DNA of 64,000 nucleotides from Ginglymostoma cirratum (GCA_024137785.1 JAHRHZ010000217.1:4783013-4847012); one strand, 5' to 3'. Shown: positions 24,335 through 38,130, counted from the stretch's first letter. Numbers and translations are program-made. The notes: generated from the letters alone by a model not told the origin.

Positions 24335-26030
24335 AAATTCGTGCGCAGAATGTGGATGTTGCAGGCTAGGGCAGTTCTTACAGGCCAACACTATTTGAGA
24401 AGGTCATGAGTTGACTCTTTAAATCAATGCAGTACATTTGTGTAGGAACACCTATACTGCCACTGGGAAGGAGTTCCGGGATTTTTACCCAGCAACATTC
24501 AAGGAACAAAAATCACCATTCCAAATCAGGATAGAGTGCAGCTTGAAGGGGAGCATGTAGATGGGCATTCCCATGTATCTGCTGTCCTTCTTCTTTCAGG
24601 TGGCAAGTTTGGAAGGTGGTGCTGTCTAAGGAGCCTTAGTGAGTTGTTGCCATGCATTTGGAGATGGTGTTCACTGCTGCTACAGAGCATTGGGTTTGAA
24701 GGGACTAAATGATGAATGTGTTAGATGGGGTTCAAGCAGACTGTTTAGTTTTGGATGGTGTTGAGTTTGTTGCGTGTTGTTGGAATGGCAGTTGTTCAGA
24801 CAAGTATGGTATATTCTGTTAGACTCCTGGCCTGGGTATTGTAGATGATGGAGAAGCTTTGAGCAGTCAGAAGGTGAATTACTCAATGCAGAATTTCCAA
24901 CTTCTGACTTCTATATTTATTATATTCATATCACTGGTCAATGATAAGCCCCAGAATGCTGATAGTGTATTATTCTCTGATAGTAATATTGTTGAATATC
25001 AACACGTGATGTCTAAATTCTATCCCTGTTGGAGAAGGTCATTGCCTAGCAATTATGTTGTGAAGATCTTGCTTACCATTTGTCAGCCCAAGCCTGAATG
25101 TTGTAAAGGTCTTGTTTAATTTGGTCATAGTCCGCCTAAATAGCTGAGGAATTGCAAACATTGCTGAACATTGAACAATCATCAGCGAATATATCCACTT
25201 TTGATACCAAAGAAAGAAATTCATTGATGAAGAAGCTAAAGCCAATGGATAAGGACACAGCCCTGAGGAATTCCTGCAATGATGTCCGAATGCTGAGATG
25301 ACTGACATCCAACAGCCACAACCATGTTCCTTTGTGCTACATACAGCTCTAAGGGTGGCACAGTGGCTCAGTGGTTAGCACTGCAGCCTCACAGTGCCAG
25401 GGACCCGGGTTTGATTCCAGCCTCAGGTGACTGTCTGTGTGGAGTTTGCACATTCTCCCCGTGTCTGCATGGGTTTCCTTTGGGTGCTCTGGTTTCCTCC
25501 CACAGTCCAAAGATGTGCAGGCTAGGTGGATTGGCCATGCTAAATTGCCCATAGTGTTCAGGGGTGTATGGGTTATAGGGGGATGGGTCTGGGTGGGATG
25601 GTCCAAGGGTCAGTGTGGACTTGTTGGGCCAAAGGGCCTAATTCCACACTGTAGGGATTCTAATGTTCTAATCAGTGGAGAGATTCCCATTGATTCTAGA
25701 TTTTTAGGGCTCATTGATTCCACACATGGTCAATTAATGATATAATGTTGATGGGATTTGTCCTCCTTTTCCCTCAAGTTCAGCATTTTTGTCCATTTTT
25801 GAATCAGGGCTAGGATGATGTCAGGAGTTGAGTAATTCTGATTGAACACAAATTGACAGGTCAAGTGCCTTTTGTTAGCACTGCTGATAACACCTTTTAT
25901 CTCTTTGATGATGATTGAGAGTAGACTGATGGAGTGGTAATTGGCCAGCTTAGATTTGCACTTTTTTTTCATGTTTGTCGGAAATAACTGGGCAATGTTG
26001 TAACTGCACCAGAACAGCTTAGCTCAGGAC
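24335..26030 (-). mobile_element. CR1/L2-like LINE RT region, interrupted by an HE1 SINE
   Basis: ORF 25730-25972 KSKLANYHSISLLSII..STPDII and ORF 25136-25321 FFINE..IFADDC (RT motifs). Confidence 0.8.
25353..25670 (+). mobile_element. HE1-type SINE (near consensus)
   Basis: GGTGGCACAGTGGCTCAGTGGTTAGCACTG..GACCCGGGTTTGATTCC head, core, CR1-like tail CACACTGTAGGGATTCTA. Confidence 0.9.
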
Positions 26031-26131
26031 TTATTTGTCATCATACATAGTACCTTTAGAGATTGAAAACAATATTCAGATATGTGAAACAATTGGCAGT
26101 GACACAAACCAGGTGGTATTGGATCTGAGAT

Positions 26132-26241
26132 ACTGGAGAATCTGAGATAACAAGGCGTAGACCTGGATGAACACATCAGGCCAAGCAGCATCAGAGGAGC
26201 AGGGAAGCTGCTGTTTTGGGTCTGGACCCTTCTTCCGAAAT
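26132..26241 (-). mobile_element. Penelope-like fragment
   Basis: Reverse complement of the 5457-5551 family. Confidence 0.7.
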
Positions 26242-27189
26242 GGTATTGGATCTGACTTTTGTTATAGACACTGCTGAAACAATATGTTCAGAAATGTTGC
26301 TACACAGCTCTGGAGCAGGTGAGACTTGAACCTGGGTCATCTTGGCTCATAGGTGGAGACACTAACACTGCACCACAAGCACCATCAGACAGATAGCCGT
26401 TATGTGCAACACTTGGAATTCAATTCTGTTGGAGTTGGTGAAATTATACATTAGATGCTGCACATAATAAGTGAGCAGCCTGATCTTGCCCATTTTGGCT
26501 TACCTTCCAAGGGAAATTCTACCCCATCGTCAATTTTAAGTCAATTTTGCTCCCTATCAACATTCAGGAACAAGAACTTGCCTAGACAGGATTCTACTAA
26601 TATAGACAAACCACTCAATTACTTATCAAAGCTCCTTCATCAAACTGCAGTCTCATAGCTCACTACTAGTTACCCATTATCACATATTTAAGCAACGTGT
26701 ACGGCCTATTTATATGCAAGTCAAATCATTTCAATGAACTATGTCAACTAGGTCATGAAATATTATTTCAACAAAAACAGTAGCTAATCCTGAGCTGACT
26801 TTCAATATTGAATGCTTGAAATAAAGCAATGTTATGAAATATTTGTGATTAAATAATTACTATATTCTGATAATATGACAACTAGGTAATGTTCGTAGGG
26901 GAGATGGTTTGTTTTTATGTATGAAATCTTCACATTGGTTTACGGTTTCCATTTGATTACATGAAAACAGAGGTGTTTACTTCATAGCCCAAATATTGGC
27001 TTCAAAAATCTTATTCAAAACAGATAAAGACCTTAGTTCTATAGAATTTAGAAAAAAAATTATTCAATTTTTTTTAAACACACACACAATTGATCAGTTT
27101 GATATTTCTAATGAATTACGATTTCTGCAATTGAGTTGAGAACGTACACAAATAATAAACGCGTTAAGTCATTTTGGTAAACATCGGAA

Positions 27190-27610
27190 CAAAATGCATT
27201 TTTATAGTGCCTTCAATGGAGTAAAGCAATCCAAAATACTTCCCAGAAGCTTTCACAACTCAAAATAGGACAGATGGCGAAAATCCTAGTCAAACAGACA
27301 GAACTTAAGAAGTGTCATAAATGGAGACAGAAAAATAGGAAGGTTAGGGAAGAGAGGAAGTGCTGAAGCAGCTTAAAACACTGCTGCAAATGGGCATATT
27401 GAAAGCAGGGAGATAAAGATGCCTGAATTAGAGGACTAGAGATTTGATGGAGGGTTGTAAGGCTGGAGAAGGCTACAGAGAAACAGAAAACCAGGATGAT
27501 AAGTTTAAGTTTGAACTGTTGACAGACTGGAAGCCAATGTAGGTGGTGAGCAAGGGCTAATGATGAACAAAGTTTGCTTTGAGTAGGATATGGACATCAG
27601 AGTTTTGGAA
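27190..27610 (-). mobile_element. L2-type LINE 3' fragment
   Basis: TGCATTTTTATAGTGCCTT tail (antisense); GGAAGCCAATGTAGG is antisense of LHWLP. Confidence 0.6.
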
Positions 27611-27819
27611 GCATGTATATAGAGAATAGAAGCACATTCTTTTGGGAAACTAATTTAATTCAGCGTAACCTTCCTTCTTTACATTGAGTTAAACATATAC
27701 TGATTTACAAAGCACGTTTTTAATTTATTTGATGGAAAACTCCTTTCTGAGGGTCTATTGGAAAGTATATAATTCTGGACAATGTGAATTTAATTAATTT
27801 ATGCAGGTGAATAGTGTTC

Positions 27820-27975
27820 TGTATTATATAATGTCATGACAAGGAGCTGGCATCTCATGGGTTCTGTGACAGGCATATATCTTAAATGCACCTCGGACTT
27901 TGACTGAGCTCATATCCAACTCCTTCTTTATAGAATTGTGAATCTTGGGATAACTCCTTGGTCATTTTGTGGTGT
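27820..27975 (-). pseudogene. DIAPH1-like FH2 exon remnant (~exon 17)
   Basis: MTKELSQDSQF..HEMPA/LVMTL versus LVAEDLSQDCFW..NELFAKLTLTF. Confidence 0.5.
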
Positions 27976-28061
27976 GTTTTGAAGTAATCTCTTGTGAAAA
28001 TGTGGATTGGGGAACAAGAGTAACTGTGCCAGCAAAGAAGTTAGTAAATAACATTACTTAC

Positions 28062-28130
28062 CTTCCAGTTGAAGCAGTGCTTCACTTTTTCATTCTGACT
28101 ATCATTGCAGCCTTATGTTCACTGCAGCAA
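28062..28130 (-). pseudogene. 3' end of DIAPH FH1/FH2-start exon (~exon 16)
   Basis: ...EKVKHCFNWK followed by a perfect donor AAG|GTAAGT. The DIAPH exon ends in NWSK|gt. Confidence 0.55.
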
Positions 28131-28249
28131 GCTGGGTAACGGCACCTCATTTTTCATTCGGGTACCCTACAATCTTCAGGCCTCAGCTCTGAGTTTTCCA
28201 ATTTCAGACCGTGAGGACTATCTACTAATTTGATTATCTCTTCGTCAGT

Positions 28250-28580
28250 ACTCATCCCATCTCCCCATGGGTTGTGTTTGCTCTCAGCAAAGTTAACCAC
28301 TTTTTCTGCCATTAACATTCACCATTGACACTCACTCTTCAAAAAAAATACCATTCACTACTGCAATTAGCTCCACCTCTGCTTTTTGCTCTTGGCATTC
28401 CTACAATTTGTTCCAATTCTTCCGCCACCCCTCTAATTTACAGCATAAAGCTCATATTTTTCCATCTCCATTCAGTTTTAAGGACAAGTTGTTGGACTCG
28501 AAAAATTGACTCTATTTCCCCATCCACAGATTCTGCCAGACCAGTCGAGTTTCTCCAGCAACTTCGGTTTTCATTTTAAT
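28250..28580 (+). mobile_element. Older Penelope-like 3' fragment
   Basis: GGACTCGAAAAATTGACTCT..ACAGATTCTGCCAGACC..GAGTTTCTCCAGCA. Confidence 0.55.
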
Positions 28581-29984
28581 TACTATTACTGTCCATCAGT
28601 GTAGACGTAGCCTGGAGGGTAGGGAATGTTATCTGTTCTTCCAGTCAACAAATGAAGGAATACCTTTTTCCACAAGTGGATCAGAACTTGGTTTTTGTTC
28701 AGTTTTCTAAAGCTCTAAAATTCTCGAGATATAAACATTTATGGAAAAGACTTTCCAGTCCTACTGTTGCAACTGTCATGTGCAGTTAACACTTGTGTTA
28801 ATAAGTTCAGGTGGATAGTCCTTTTTTAAGGTGGTAGTGTGTGCATGGTTACTGGACTCACCAATTAAAGAAATGATTTACTTAAAAAAGTAAATCACAT
28901 GCTTTAAGGTATTTTCATTTGTTACTTTCAGCCTCAGAAAGAAAACTAAGAATGCCAGCAATTGTTATTTTCATGAAAAAGATAGCAGTGCCTGTAGATA
29001 TGTGAAAATTGTTAAATTTGATAGAAGCTAGCAGCACAATTCTGCTACTAATTATTTGTTGTCCATATCACCGTAATTTCTAGTCTCAAAATGTGCCATA
29101 TGCTCGAGGCTATCAGTGAAAGATATCACAATCAGTGTGCAGTGCGAAGTTATTTAAGCAATGGCTAACAACAGACAGAGTAGGCTTGATGAGCTAAATA
29201 GAATAATCTTGTTCTGACATTTCAAGTAAATGGCACAAAGTATAAAAATATGCGAGAGTTGTTTTGACCAAATATTTGCATAAAATATCATAAATGAATT
29301 AGAATTCAACACTCAATGAATTTGAAATACGTAGGACCATATAATAGCACAGCGTAGAAGGATATTTGGTCCATCAAATCAGTAAGAATTGTTTAGAAGT
29401 GCAGCTCAGTAATTCCCACTTCTTTGTTTTTCATCCTATTTAGATATTTTTCCTTCAAACATTTATCCGTGTCCCCTTTAACAATTATTCCTGAACATGT
29501 ATTGATATTACCTGAATGTGCATTAAAAAAACCCTCACGTTATCACTGATCCATTTATCTATTACCTTAACTTTGCCTCAGGTGTAGCCATGTATTTACT
29601 CTGAGGACAATTGTTTTGATGGTAGCAGACCACTTGAGAGCAGGGAAATGCCAGCTAAACAGTGTCGCGGGGTGGGGTCCCAATTTTTGAACTGTGCCAT
29701 AACATGTAAGGAGTGGAAAATTTGTTGTGGTAAGAGTATTAAAACTAATTCACTCATGACTGAATGATATTGGTTTATATGAGTTGAAAAGTGTTTTATG
29801 CGCTATTCCACAGAGAACAAAGATGTGAGATTTTGCTCTGATGTTATTCTCTCCAGGGAGACAAATAATTTCTAAAAGTAAATTTGGACTCCCAGTTATT
29901 AGCTGGAAGAATTAGGCCACAAAGTGTTGAGTAAAGGGTTAATTGTATTTTTGTTCTCAGAATAGGTACAGAACATTGGCACAA

Positions 29985-30790
29985 TGTCAGCTCACATTAA
30001 TACTGGACTTGTCAGATTCCAACTTAAATCTGGCTTGATAGATCAAACTTTCCTTTATTTGGTTTTAACAAAGTGATCTCTCATTTAAATGTAAGTATGC
30101 AATGCTGCAGGTTCTGATTTAACAATAAAACAGAAGTTTATTAACAAACTAAAATAAATTAAATAGAATGAGCTAAACTATTTGCTAAATACACAAATTA
30201 AAGATTTTTTAAATCATACAATGGAAGTATAATCCCAATAATTTGAAAATGCTCCTTTATAAATTGAAAAGAAAACGAACTATATTGTTATAGTATCTAA
30301 AACACACCTTGCACAGCACACAAAAGCAGTAGAGTCCTGTTTCTATTATCTCAATAAGTTTCAGTCACTTGCATCTTTAACTTACAGATTGAAATTGCAG
30401 ATGTTTTCTTTTTGGAACTATCAAACACCCACGTGCAGCTTTAACAATCATCTTCAGGTTTTTAACACAATATTTCTGATCTGACAATAACAAAAATTGT
30501 TCACTCCAAGATAATTTACTTTGACTACATTCTTCTCTTTTCCAGAGAACTAGCAATTATAGCAATTTTCACCCAAGAGTTTCACAAGACTGCTCAAAAC
30601 CCAAAACAGAAAAAAGCCTCTCTGTCTACGCCATAGGTACTTCAAATTCTGGAAATTTCTAATTAACTTTGAGTCCTTCACTTTTTTGAGTTACAAAACA
30701 ATCTAAGGTAAATAAAAATCCATTATTGGGGCACACAAACTCACTGATACTAAAGTTAGGCCTCAAAATCATATAGTTTGGATCACAATA
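29985..30790. mobile_element. Solo-LTR-like element, copy 1
   Basis: Shares CTGGCTTGAT.GATCA..TTTGGTTTTAACAAA..GAAGTTTA.TAACAAA with 32919-33100; begins TGT. Confidence 0.4.
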
Positions 30791-31084
30791 TGTGCATGAG
30801 AACCTACAACGTTGTGACATTAGATCACATGGAACTGGGACCCAAGTCTGTAGTATACTAGAAATGTCTTCTCATAGCTTCCTTTATTTATAGTTATGTT
30901 CATTAACCCCTGTTCATGTTCATCCACCTGATGAACCTGTTTATATCCAGGAAGTTTCATCCTTTAAATAAAAGCTATTATGTGCAAGAGCTAAACAAAA
31001 CAACTTCTTCAAATGTAACACTATCTATTTTATAAATACTTTTATTTTAAACCTGAAAATGTCAACAGATCACTTCCCATTCTA

Positions 31085-31325
31085 TTTTTATTTCCACCCA
31101 AGTGTTCCTTTTTAGTTTACATGATCTTCATGTTTCCTTCATTTTTCTGGAGACAAGACCAACTTGTTCCTGACCTCTTAAGAATTCACTTTGAATATCC
31201 TCAATGGTCCTGCAATTCTCTGAGGTATGAAATGCCTTGGGAGCTTCAACTGGTCAATCCTCCAACCAGTGTTCAAACTATTTTATTTTTCCAAGGATTC
31301 TATTGAGATTTTCTCAAGAGCTACT
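31085..31325 (-). pseudogene. DIAPH-like coiled-coil exon remnant (~exon 14-15)
   Basis: SLEK..IDQLKLPRH..TIEDIQSE versus ELEKKLDSELTARH..KLQDLQGE. Coiled-coil matches are weakly specific. Confidence 0.4.
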
Positions 31326-31590
31326 TTTTGAATTTTGGGGATAACATTTTTTGAGGGACTCCCTTTTCATTCTCATTATCTCCTTTATTAAGTGATACAG
31401 TCACATAGTAACATTACATTGTGTTTTTGTGTTGACATATGGGTTATTTTGAATAACACAGAAACAGAATACATCAATAATATTAAAGATCATTACAACT
31501 TCATTAATCATTAAGCCAAAACACACAAGGAAAGTGTTAACATCCTCAGCACTACAATATTTAAATTGTTCAAAGATAACTGGCATAGTT

Positions 31591-31910
31591 GGGGCAGCAC
31601 AGTGACACAGTTGTTAGCACTGCTGCCTCACAGTGCTTGGGACCTAGGTGCAATTCCACCCTCAGGCGACTGTCTGTGTGGAGTTTGCATGTTCTCCCCG
31701 CGTCTGCATGGGTTTCCTCTGGTGCTCTGGTTTCCTCCGATAGGCCAAGGATGTGCAGGCTAGGTGGATTGGCCGTACTAATTTGCCCATAGTATTCAAG
31801 GATGTGTAGATTAGGTGGGTTATAGGGAGATGGGTTTGGGTAGACCCTCTGAGGGTCAGTGTAGACTTGTTGGGCCAAAGGGCCTGTTTCCACACCATAG
31901 CGGTTCTATA
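31591..31910 (+). mobile_element. HE1-type SINE
   Basis: Same family as 25353-25670. Confidence 0.85.
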
Positions 31911-32918
31911 GGTTTGGACCTAACCTTTGTTAAAACAAAAACTGATGCACACTTCCACACATAAAAGATTATCACCTAGCATGCTTTTTTCTGATTGGTG
32001 AGGTCATGGCTAACTGGTTGCATGTTTCTTTCTAATATAGTCACAGCTTATGAGATATTTTGAGATGTGATAATTCTGAAATATGAATCAGTATTGTGCT
32101 ATCTAATTGACAGAATTCAATCCAATAGCATCCATTACATTTTCCAGACATGTTAGCTATTCAAATTCTGCAGCCTTAAGCTAGAACTCCACTTGCATTT
32201 GCAAGGAAATCAATACCTTAGTTACTTTACAATTTCCTGATTCCTAGTTAACTGTGAATTCCTTTCCTGTGAAGTGTTAATCTCCTGTCTCCCTTTTGTA
32301 GACCCTGCCTCTCCTTAATGGACCTCTCTCCATTTGAATTGCTGTCCCCCCTTTACAGGCACCCTACTCTCTTTGCAGCCCCTATATCCTCTTTGCTGCT
32401 TTCTTGGACTTCTTCACTCTTCTTTATAGCCTCAAATTCGCACTAACCTGCCTCACTATCCATACCTCTCCATACAGCCCCCCAACATTAGCCTCAATTT
32501 TCTTCCCACCCCATCTCTGGCTTTTGCCGTTCCCCAGTTTCTAATCTCACGTCCTGAAGGCTTTGTTCATTGTTCACTTTTGCCCCTACCATCCTTACTT
32601 TAGGACATCACAGCTAGAGATTAACATTACCTTGCAAAATATTCTTTTGATATTTGATCCCACATAAACAATTTATGTCTTCGAATAGGATGACCACTGT
32701 CTCACTGGATAAACTAGCTCTGTTAAAAAGCTGAAAAAGGACCACTGACTGTTTCTTGTTTTCACACTTATAATTGTGACCTTATGAACTGAACACAGGC
32801 CAATGAGTGATTTGTAATTACAGTTAGTAAGTTTACCAACCTTAGAAAACCAGGTGCTTTCAATCCTTACATTTAAAACATGAATCTCAAAACTAAACGC
32901 AATATTCCTAAAATGCAT

Positions 32919-34280
32919 TGTTATGATCCTGGCTGATGTTATTATTGGACAAGGCAGATCCTAGGCAGAAACCTGGCTTGATCGATCATAGATTAATTTA
33001 TTTTGGTTTTAACAAAATAGTCTCTTACTCAAACATAAGCATGTTAGGCTGTAGAGTTTGTTTTAGATATACCTTCGAAGTTTACTAACAAAATGGCAAT
33101 AGAATAAAACAAGACTTCTATTTATAACACAAATTCAAAAAATTCCAAATGCCCAGTGTAATTTATATTTCCATTAATCCCAAAATGTGCTTTTATAAAT
33201 TTAGGGGAGACAAATTGCTTTAGTATGGTATCCAAACATACCCCTGGTACGGTACCACTCAGACATTTCGACTAGAAATGCAGATAGCTTTTGCCTGGAG
33301 TTATTGTACACCTGAGCTTCAACATATTCAGATTTGATTAAGCTCTTCAAGGTTTCTTCCCAACACGTTTGGTCACAGGATGACAGTAATTCGCCACCAG
33401 AAGGTAACCTAGTTCACTATGAATCCTTGCTTTGGCAGGAGCACAGTTCTACATATTCCAATGAACCTCAGAAAACCACTCCAAATTCTAAGAACAGAAG
33501 CCCAGTAGTCTTCCTCTTTAAGCTATGGATCATAGAGTCTTAGAGTCATACAGCATGGAAACAGACCCAATTCAGACCCAATGACTCAACTCATTTGTGC
33601 GAATCAGGTTTCCTAAAGTGAACTAGTCCCATTTGCCTACATTTGGCCCATATCTTTCTAACCTGTCCTATCCATGCATCTGTCAAAATGTCTCCTAAAT
33701 ATTGTAATTGTACCCCACTCTACCATTCCTCTGGCAACTTTTTCAATCTACACACCAACCTCTGTGTGAAGAAGTTGCTCCTCAGATCCCTTTTAAACCT
33801 TTCCATTCTCACCTTAAACCTATGCCCACTAGTTTTGGACTCACATATCCTGGGGAAAATGCCTTAGTTATTCATCTTATCTGTACCCCTCATGATTTTA
33901 TAAACCTCTATAAGGTCACCCCTCAGCCTCCTACTCTCCAGGTAAAAAAGGTTCCAGCCAATCCAGGCTCAACTCATAAATCAAATGCTCCAGTCTTAGT
34001 AACATCCTTTTTGCTTTGCTTAAGATTAAAAAAAAAGTTCCAAAAGACTCTAATAAATCATATTATTTAACTTGCTGAGGTCACAAAATAAAGAAAAAAA
34101 CCTATCCATCCTAAGGCCAGGCCTCCAGAAATGTTTTATTAGAAATCACCATGGCTACATAAATAACTTAAATTGGCTATTAGCTTTAGAGTCATAGAAA
34201 CTCCAGAGGTTACAAACTCAAAACCCAAAAATCCAATTTTTCAATAAACAATATTCTACTATCCCACAATTGACATCACA
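32919..34280. mobile_element. Solo-LTR-like element, copy 2, interrupted by CR1
   Basis: Homologous to 29985-30790; TGTTATG start, ..CACA end. Confidence 0.4.
33530..34005 (-). mobile_element. CR1 LINE 3' fragment
   Basis: Antisense of the 20400-20850 family; CATAGAGT-type tail. Confidence 0.85.
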
Positions 34281-34869
34281 ATATGAAACAAGAAATTATA
34301 CATTTGTGCAAAACTATGGAGAATTCTCTCAAACAGAGACTGAGCAGATTCCCTGTGCAAGGAGGGGCAATGAACAAAACAAATGTTTCTGAAACACAGG
34401 CCATAACTTACTGTGCATCATAGTGCTCAACTATTCATGTGGTCCCTTCAATAAATACCTAAATATGTTGAGCTGCACAAGAGGATTTGCTCTGTCACAA
34501 TTGAAGTATAATCCTTCCAGAATTTCAACAAGATAATATAAGCAAAAAGACATACAATGCAATGTTCTTTTATTTTAGCGCTTTGTTCTATGTTTGTGGT
34601 GCCAGGCAAGAATAAGTGGAAGAAACAGAGCAGGACAGAGTGAGATTCTCAAAGCTAAAACTTGATTGCATCATCAGGTTGGTAGTGCCTCATTTCTTTC
34701 GCAGATTAATCAATTGAACATGTGCTGGCAAGTGTTGTCAACATCAAGGACTAAGGAGATATCAGCCATTGTCACACCAAACGTGCTTTTCAATGACAAG
34801 TCCAGCCATTTGGGTATTAAAATATCTCAACTACATTTCAAAGACTTATGAATCACATCATAGCTAAAA

Positions 34870-35700
34870 TACTAACTGTAGTTTATTTAGACAATGGGAA
34901 GAATAGATACAATAGTTAAAGTACCTGGTTAATTCACTTTGGTTAGTTGGTTTAACAATTAATCTGGCCAAAAATAAATGTGTAAAAGTAAGAGTAACTT
35001 ACAAGGACATAGCACAGGACAATGGTAAGTGTTATTTAAGTGTTATTGAAAGTAAAGGCTCTGGCAGAGATCTCCATCTCTAAAAATAAATTGAATAATA
35101 TGAGATTTTTAGAAATGTATTGGCTTTAAAGGAAATTTGTGCCTAATGTCAGCATGATAACTGTATCTTTAATAAATTTGTTATAGAAACAGACAAAGTG
35201 GTATGGTCAGCAGTATGTCAAGAAACCTTTGAGAATCTGAAAACAATTCTAATAAATAAATTGGTATTAGACATTCTAGACTTTACCCAACACTTTCAAA
35301 AATGCCAATTGACACTACAGACTTGCAAAATTGTGAATGAGAAGTAGAGAAGCCAGTGGGGTATTTTTTCCAGAAATTAAACCAACAACAGAGGAGGTAC
35401 TTTAGTGTGGGAAAGAAAATGTTGGGATTACTGGAGCCTCTTCAACACTTTTAATTCTATTTCAACATAGTTGCAATGAAACATTGACCATAATCCACTA
35501 GCATTCATTGAAAAGTTTAAATCTCACAGTGCAAGACTATTCAGTTGGAACCTATTTATTCAACCATTCTGTGTAAAAATTATTCACATTGCTGGAAAAA
35601 ATAAAATAATCACAGAAACTTTGTCCTGTACAATGATGAAATAGGTTCTGGACTTAAGAGATGATAAAGTATTCTGTAATACTTGTATAAGGGGGGAGTA
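34870..35700 (+). mobile_element. Gypsy LTR-retrotransposon RT/RNase H fossil
   Basis: VYLDN, INLAK, MRFLEM..RKFVPN, WSAVCQETFENLK, EKPVGYF.QKLN..QRRY, DHNPLAF..RLFSWNL..IIHIAGKNKIITETLS, then purine tract AAGGGGGGAG. Confidence 0.8.
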
Positions 35701-36289
35701 AGGATAAATGGATGCAAATCTCAACTTTTGTTGTCCTTGCATCACAACACCTTGTGATGAAACACATTGGAAAAAGTGCAGTGGAATCCTATGTGCTAGA
35801 AAAGTATTACTCATTCTATAACAAAGAATCTAAAAGATGGTTTTGAATCTCACCTTGTGAAACAGTGCAGAAATTTGGGCAACATCAAAGTTGAATACTA
35901 ATGATTTGCTGATGCTGAGATGAATTTGTGGAGGAGTAAGATGGCAAAATCAGGACACACGGTACATTAGTGCATGAGGAAAGAATTTAAGAGTATTAAA
36001 GAGCAGAAACTGAAGTGGTGTAGAGGGAGAGAGAGGTAAATGTGACAAGGTAAATGATGGAGATGGGATTTCCAAGAAGAAAGGCAAGGCCTAAGAATAG
36101 ATGGAAAGATGGTGAGAGACTTGAACCCAGAGAGATTTGATAAACAATGGATGACTGACTGGAAGTAATGGAGAAAGTTGGTCAAGCAGCATTGTGGCAA
36201 AAATAAACAAATAAAATGTGAAAAAGAAGTAGAAGAAAGAGATCCACTGTTCATGGAATTAGTGGAACTTCCAGACAGGATTAGAGACA

Positions 36290-36410
36290 AAAATAAACTG
36301 CAGATGTTGGAATCCAAGGTAGACAAACTGAAGGTTGGAAGAACACAGCAGGCCAAGCAGCATCTGGAGGAAAGAAGCAGTCAACTTTTCGGGTATTACT
36401 CTTCTTCAAG
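36290..36410 (-). mobile_element. Penelope-like fragment
   Basis: CTGCAGATGTTGGA..GAACACAGCAGGCCAAGCAGCATC..TTTCGGG..CTTCTTCA. Confidence 0.65.
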
Positions 36411-37049
36411 ACAATTTAAAATGTGAGAGTTGACAGCCCTTTCACTCCTTGGAGCTCACCATCATATTGAAATTAATGCTCTAATTTTTGTACCAGGGTC
36501 AGGGGAGCAGAACTGGGAGGAATCCAGTCTCAAACCCAACCTTTAAAGATGGCAACCAAAACCTCTGATTTTGGGTCAGGAGTGAAGAGCTCTCTGGTTA
36601 ATAAAATGGGCTGGGTGGAGAGCCTGCCTGAGAACTCCAGCACTGTATGCAAAGTTCAAAATACAAGCATTGAAACAGAAAGCATACTTCCTTCTCTCAG
36701 ACACTTACTCCCTTTAATCTCTATGCCCAAACCATGCCAATCAGTGCCCCTACAGACACCCCATGGCCTGTCATAGCTTTCTGGCAGTTATGTTCCTGCA
36801 TCAATATCTCAAGATCCTTCACACAGCCAGCTCCTAAGTATCCACTCTCATGGCCAATCGTACCCTAGAAGTCAACCTATGTTCCTGCACCGAGAGGCCA
36901 TATACACACCATGTGCTATGCTAAGTCCATCTATCTATTCCAAGGGCCCTCACTCCTTTTATGCCTCCTATTATAACCACTATATTTATATAGACACAAT
37001 GCCATCTCAGTACTAACTTATATAATCTATTCACCATCCTTTGTCCTTC

Positions 37050-38130
37050 TCTATCACCCAGCAATGACAAATGTAGCAAGAATGGTCAATATCCAGGTTT
37101 ATACTGTATAAATAACAGTAGCATTTGTGCCACACAAATACCAGTTAGTGATCTTCTCCAACAAGTGATTATCCCTTGACTATCAATTGTATAACTATCT
37201 CTAAATGCCCACGAGCATCATACTAGGGTCAACATTGACCAGAAATGGCACTATACATTTAAAAATTATGGCTACAAAAGCATGTCAGAGGCTAGGAATC
37301 CTGCATTGAGTAACATAACTCCTGACTCCACATTTGTCCGCCATCGATAATGCACAGGTCAAGATTGTGATGGAATATTCCCCACTTGCCTGGATGAGCA
37401 ACAACATTCAAGAAACTTGAATATATCCAGTAGATACAAATAAATATTATATAAGAAAAGCATTGTCAATCTGACATTTTATGTTTGTTCTTTCATTGGT
37501 TGCCTCATTGCTGGCATGCCAGCATTTATTTTCTATCTCTAGTTGCCCTTGACAAGGTGGTTATCTTCTTGAACCACTGTAGTCCATTGGCGTAGCTACA
37601 CCCACAGGGATGTTAGAGATACAGTTTCAATAGTTTGAGCAGTAACACTGAGAGAATGGTGATTTGTTTTCCAAGTCAGAATGACGGGTGGTTTCAAGGG
37701 GAACTTACAGGCAATGGCATTTCCATGTCTTTGTAACTCTTTTGCTTCTAGTAGATGAAAATCATTGATTTGGTATATGCTTGTCTAAGGTATCCTGATA
37801 AGTTGTTAGTAATGCATTTTATAGATGATATAAAATATTACTACCTACATCACTGGTAGAGGTAGTGAATGCTGAAGGTGTTAGTTGGAATGACACCCAG
37901 GTGGACTTCTTTGTCCTGAATGAGATTGTGCTTGTTGAGTGTTGTTCGAGACGCATTTATTCAGGAATATTTCATTACTCCTCTGAGGTAAGTCTTGGAG
38001 ATCATGGATAGACTTTGGGGAGTAAGGAGATGATTTATTCACCACAGCAGTCCAAGCCTCTGACCTGCTGTCTCATAGCTGTAGTATTATATGATTTGTC
38101 CAGTTCAAATTCTGGTCTGTGGTAACACTT
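37050..38130. mobile_element. Two fragments of the 24335-26030 LINE family in opposite orientations
   Basis: 37050-37430 is sense (ATTGACCAGAA..AGAGGCTAGGAATCCTGC..GGAATATTCCCCACTTGCCTGGATG); 37480-38130 is antisense and starts with GCATTTATT. Confidence 0.6.
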
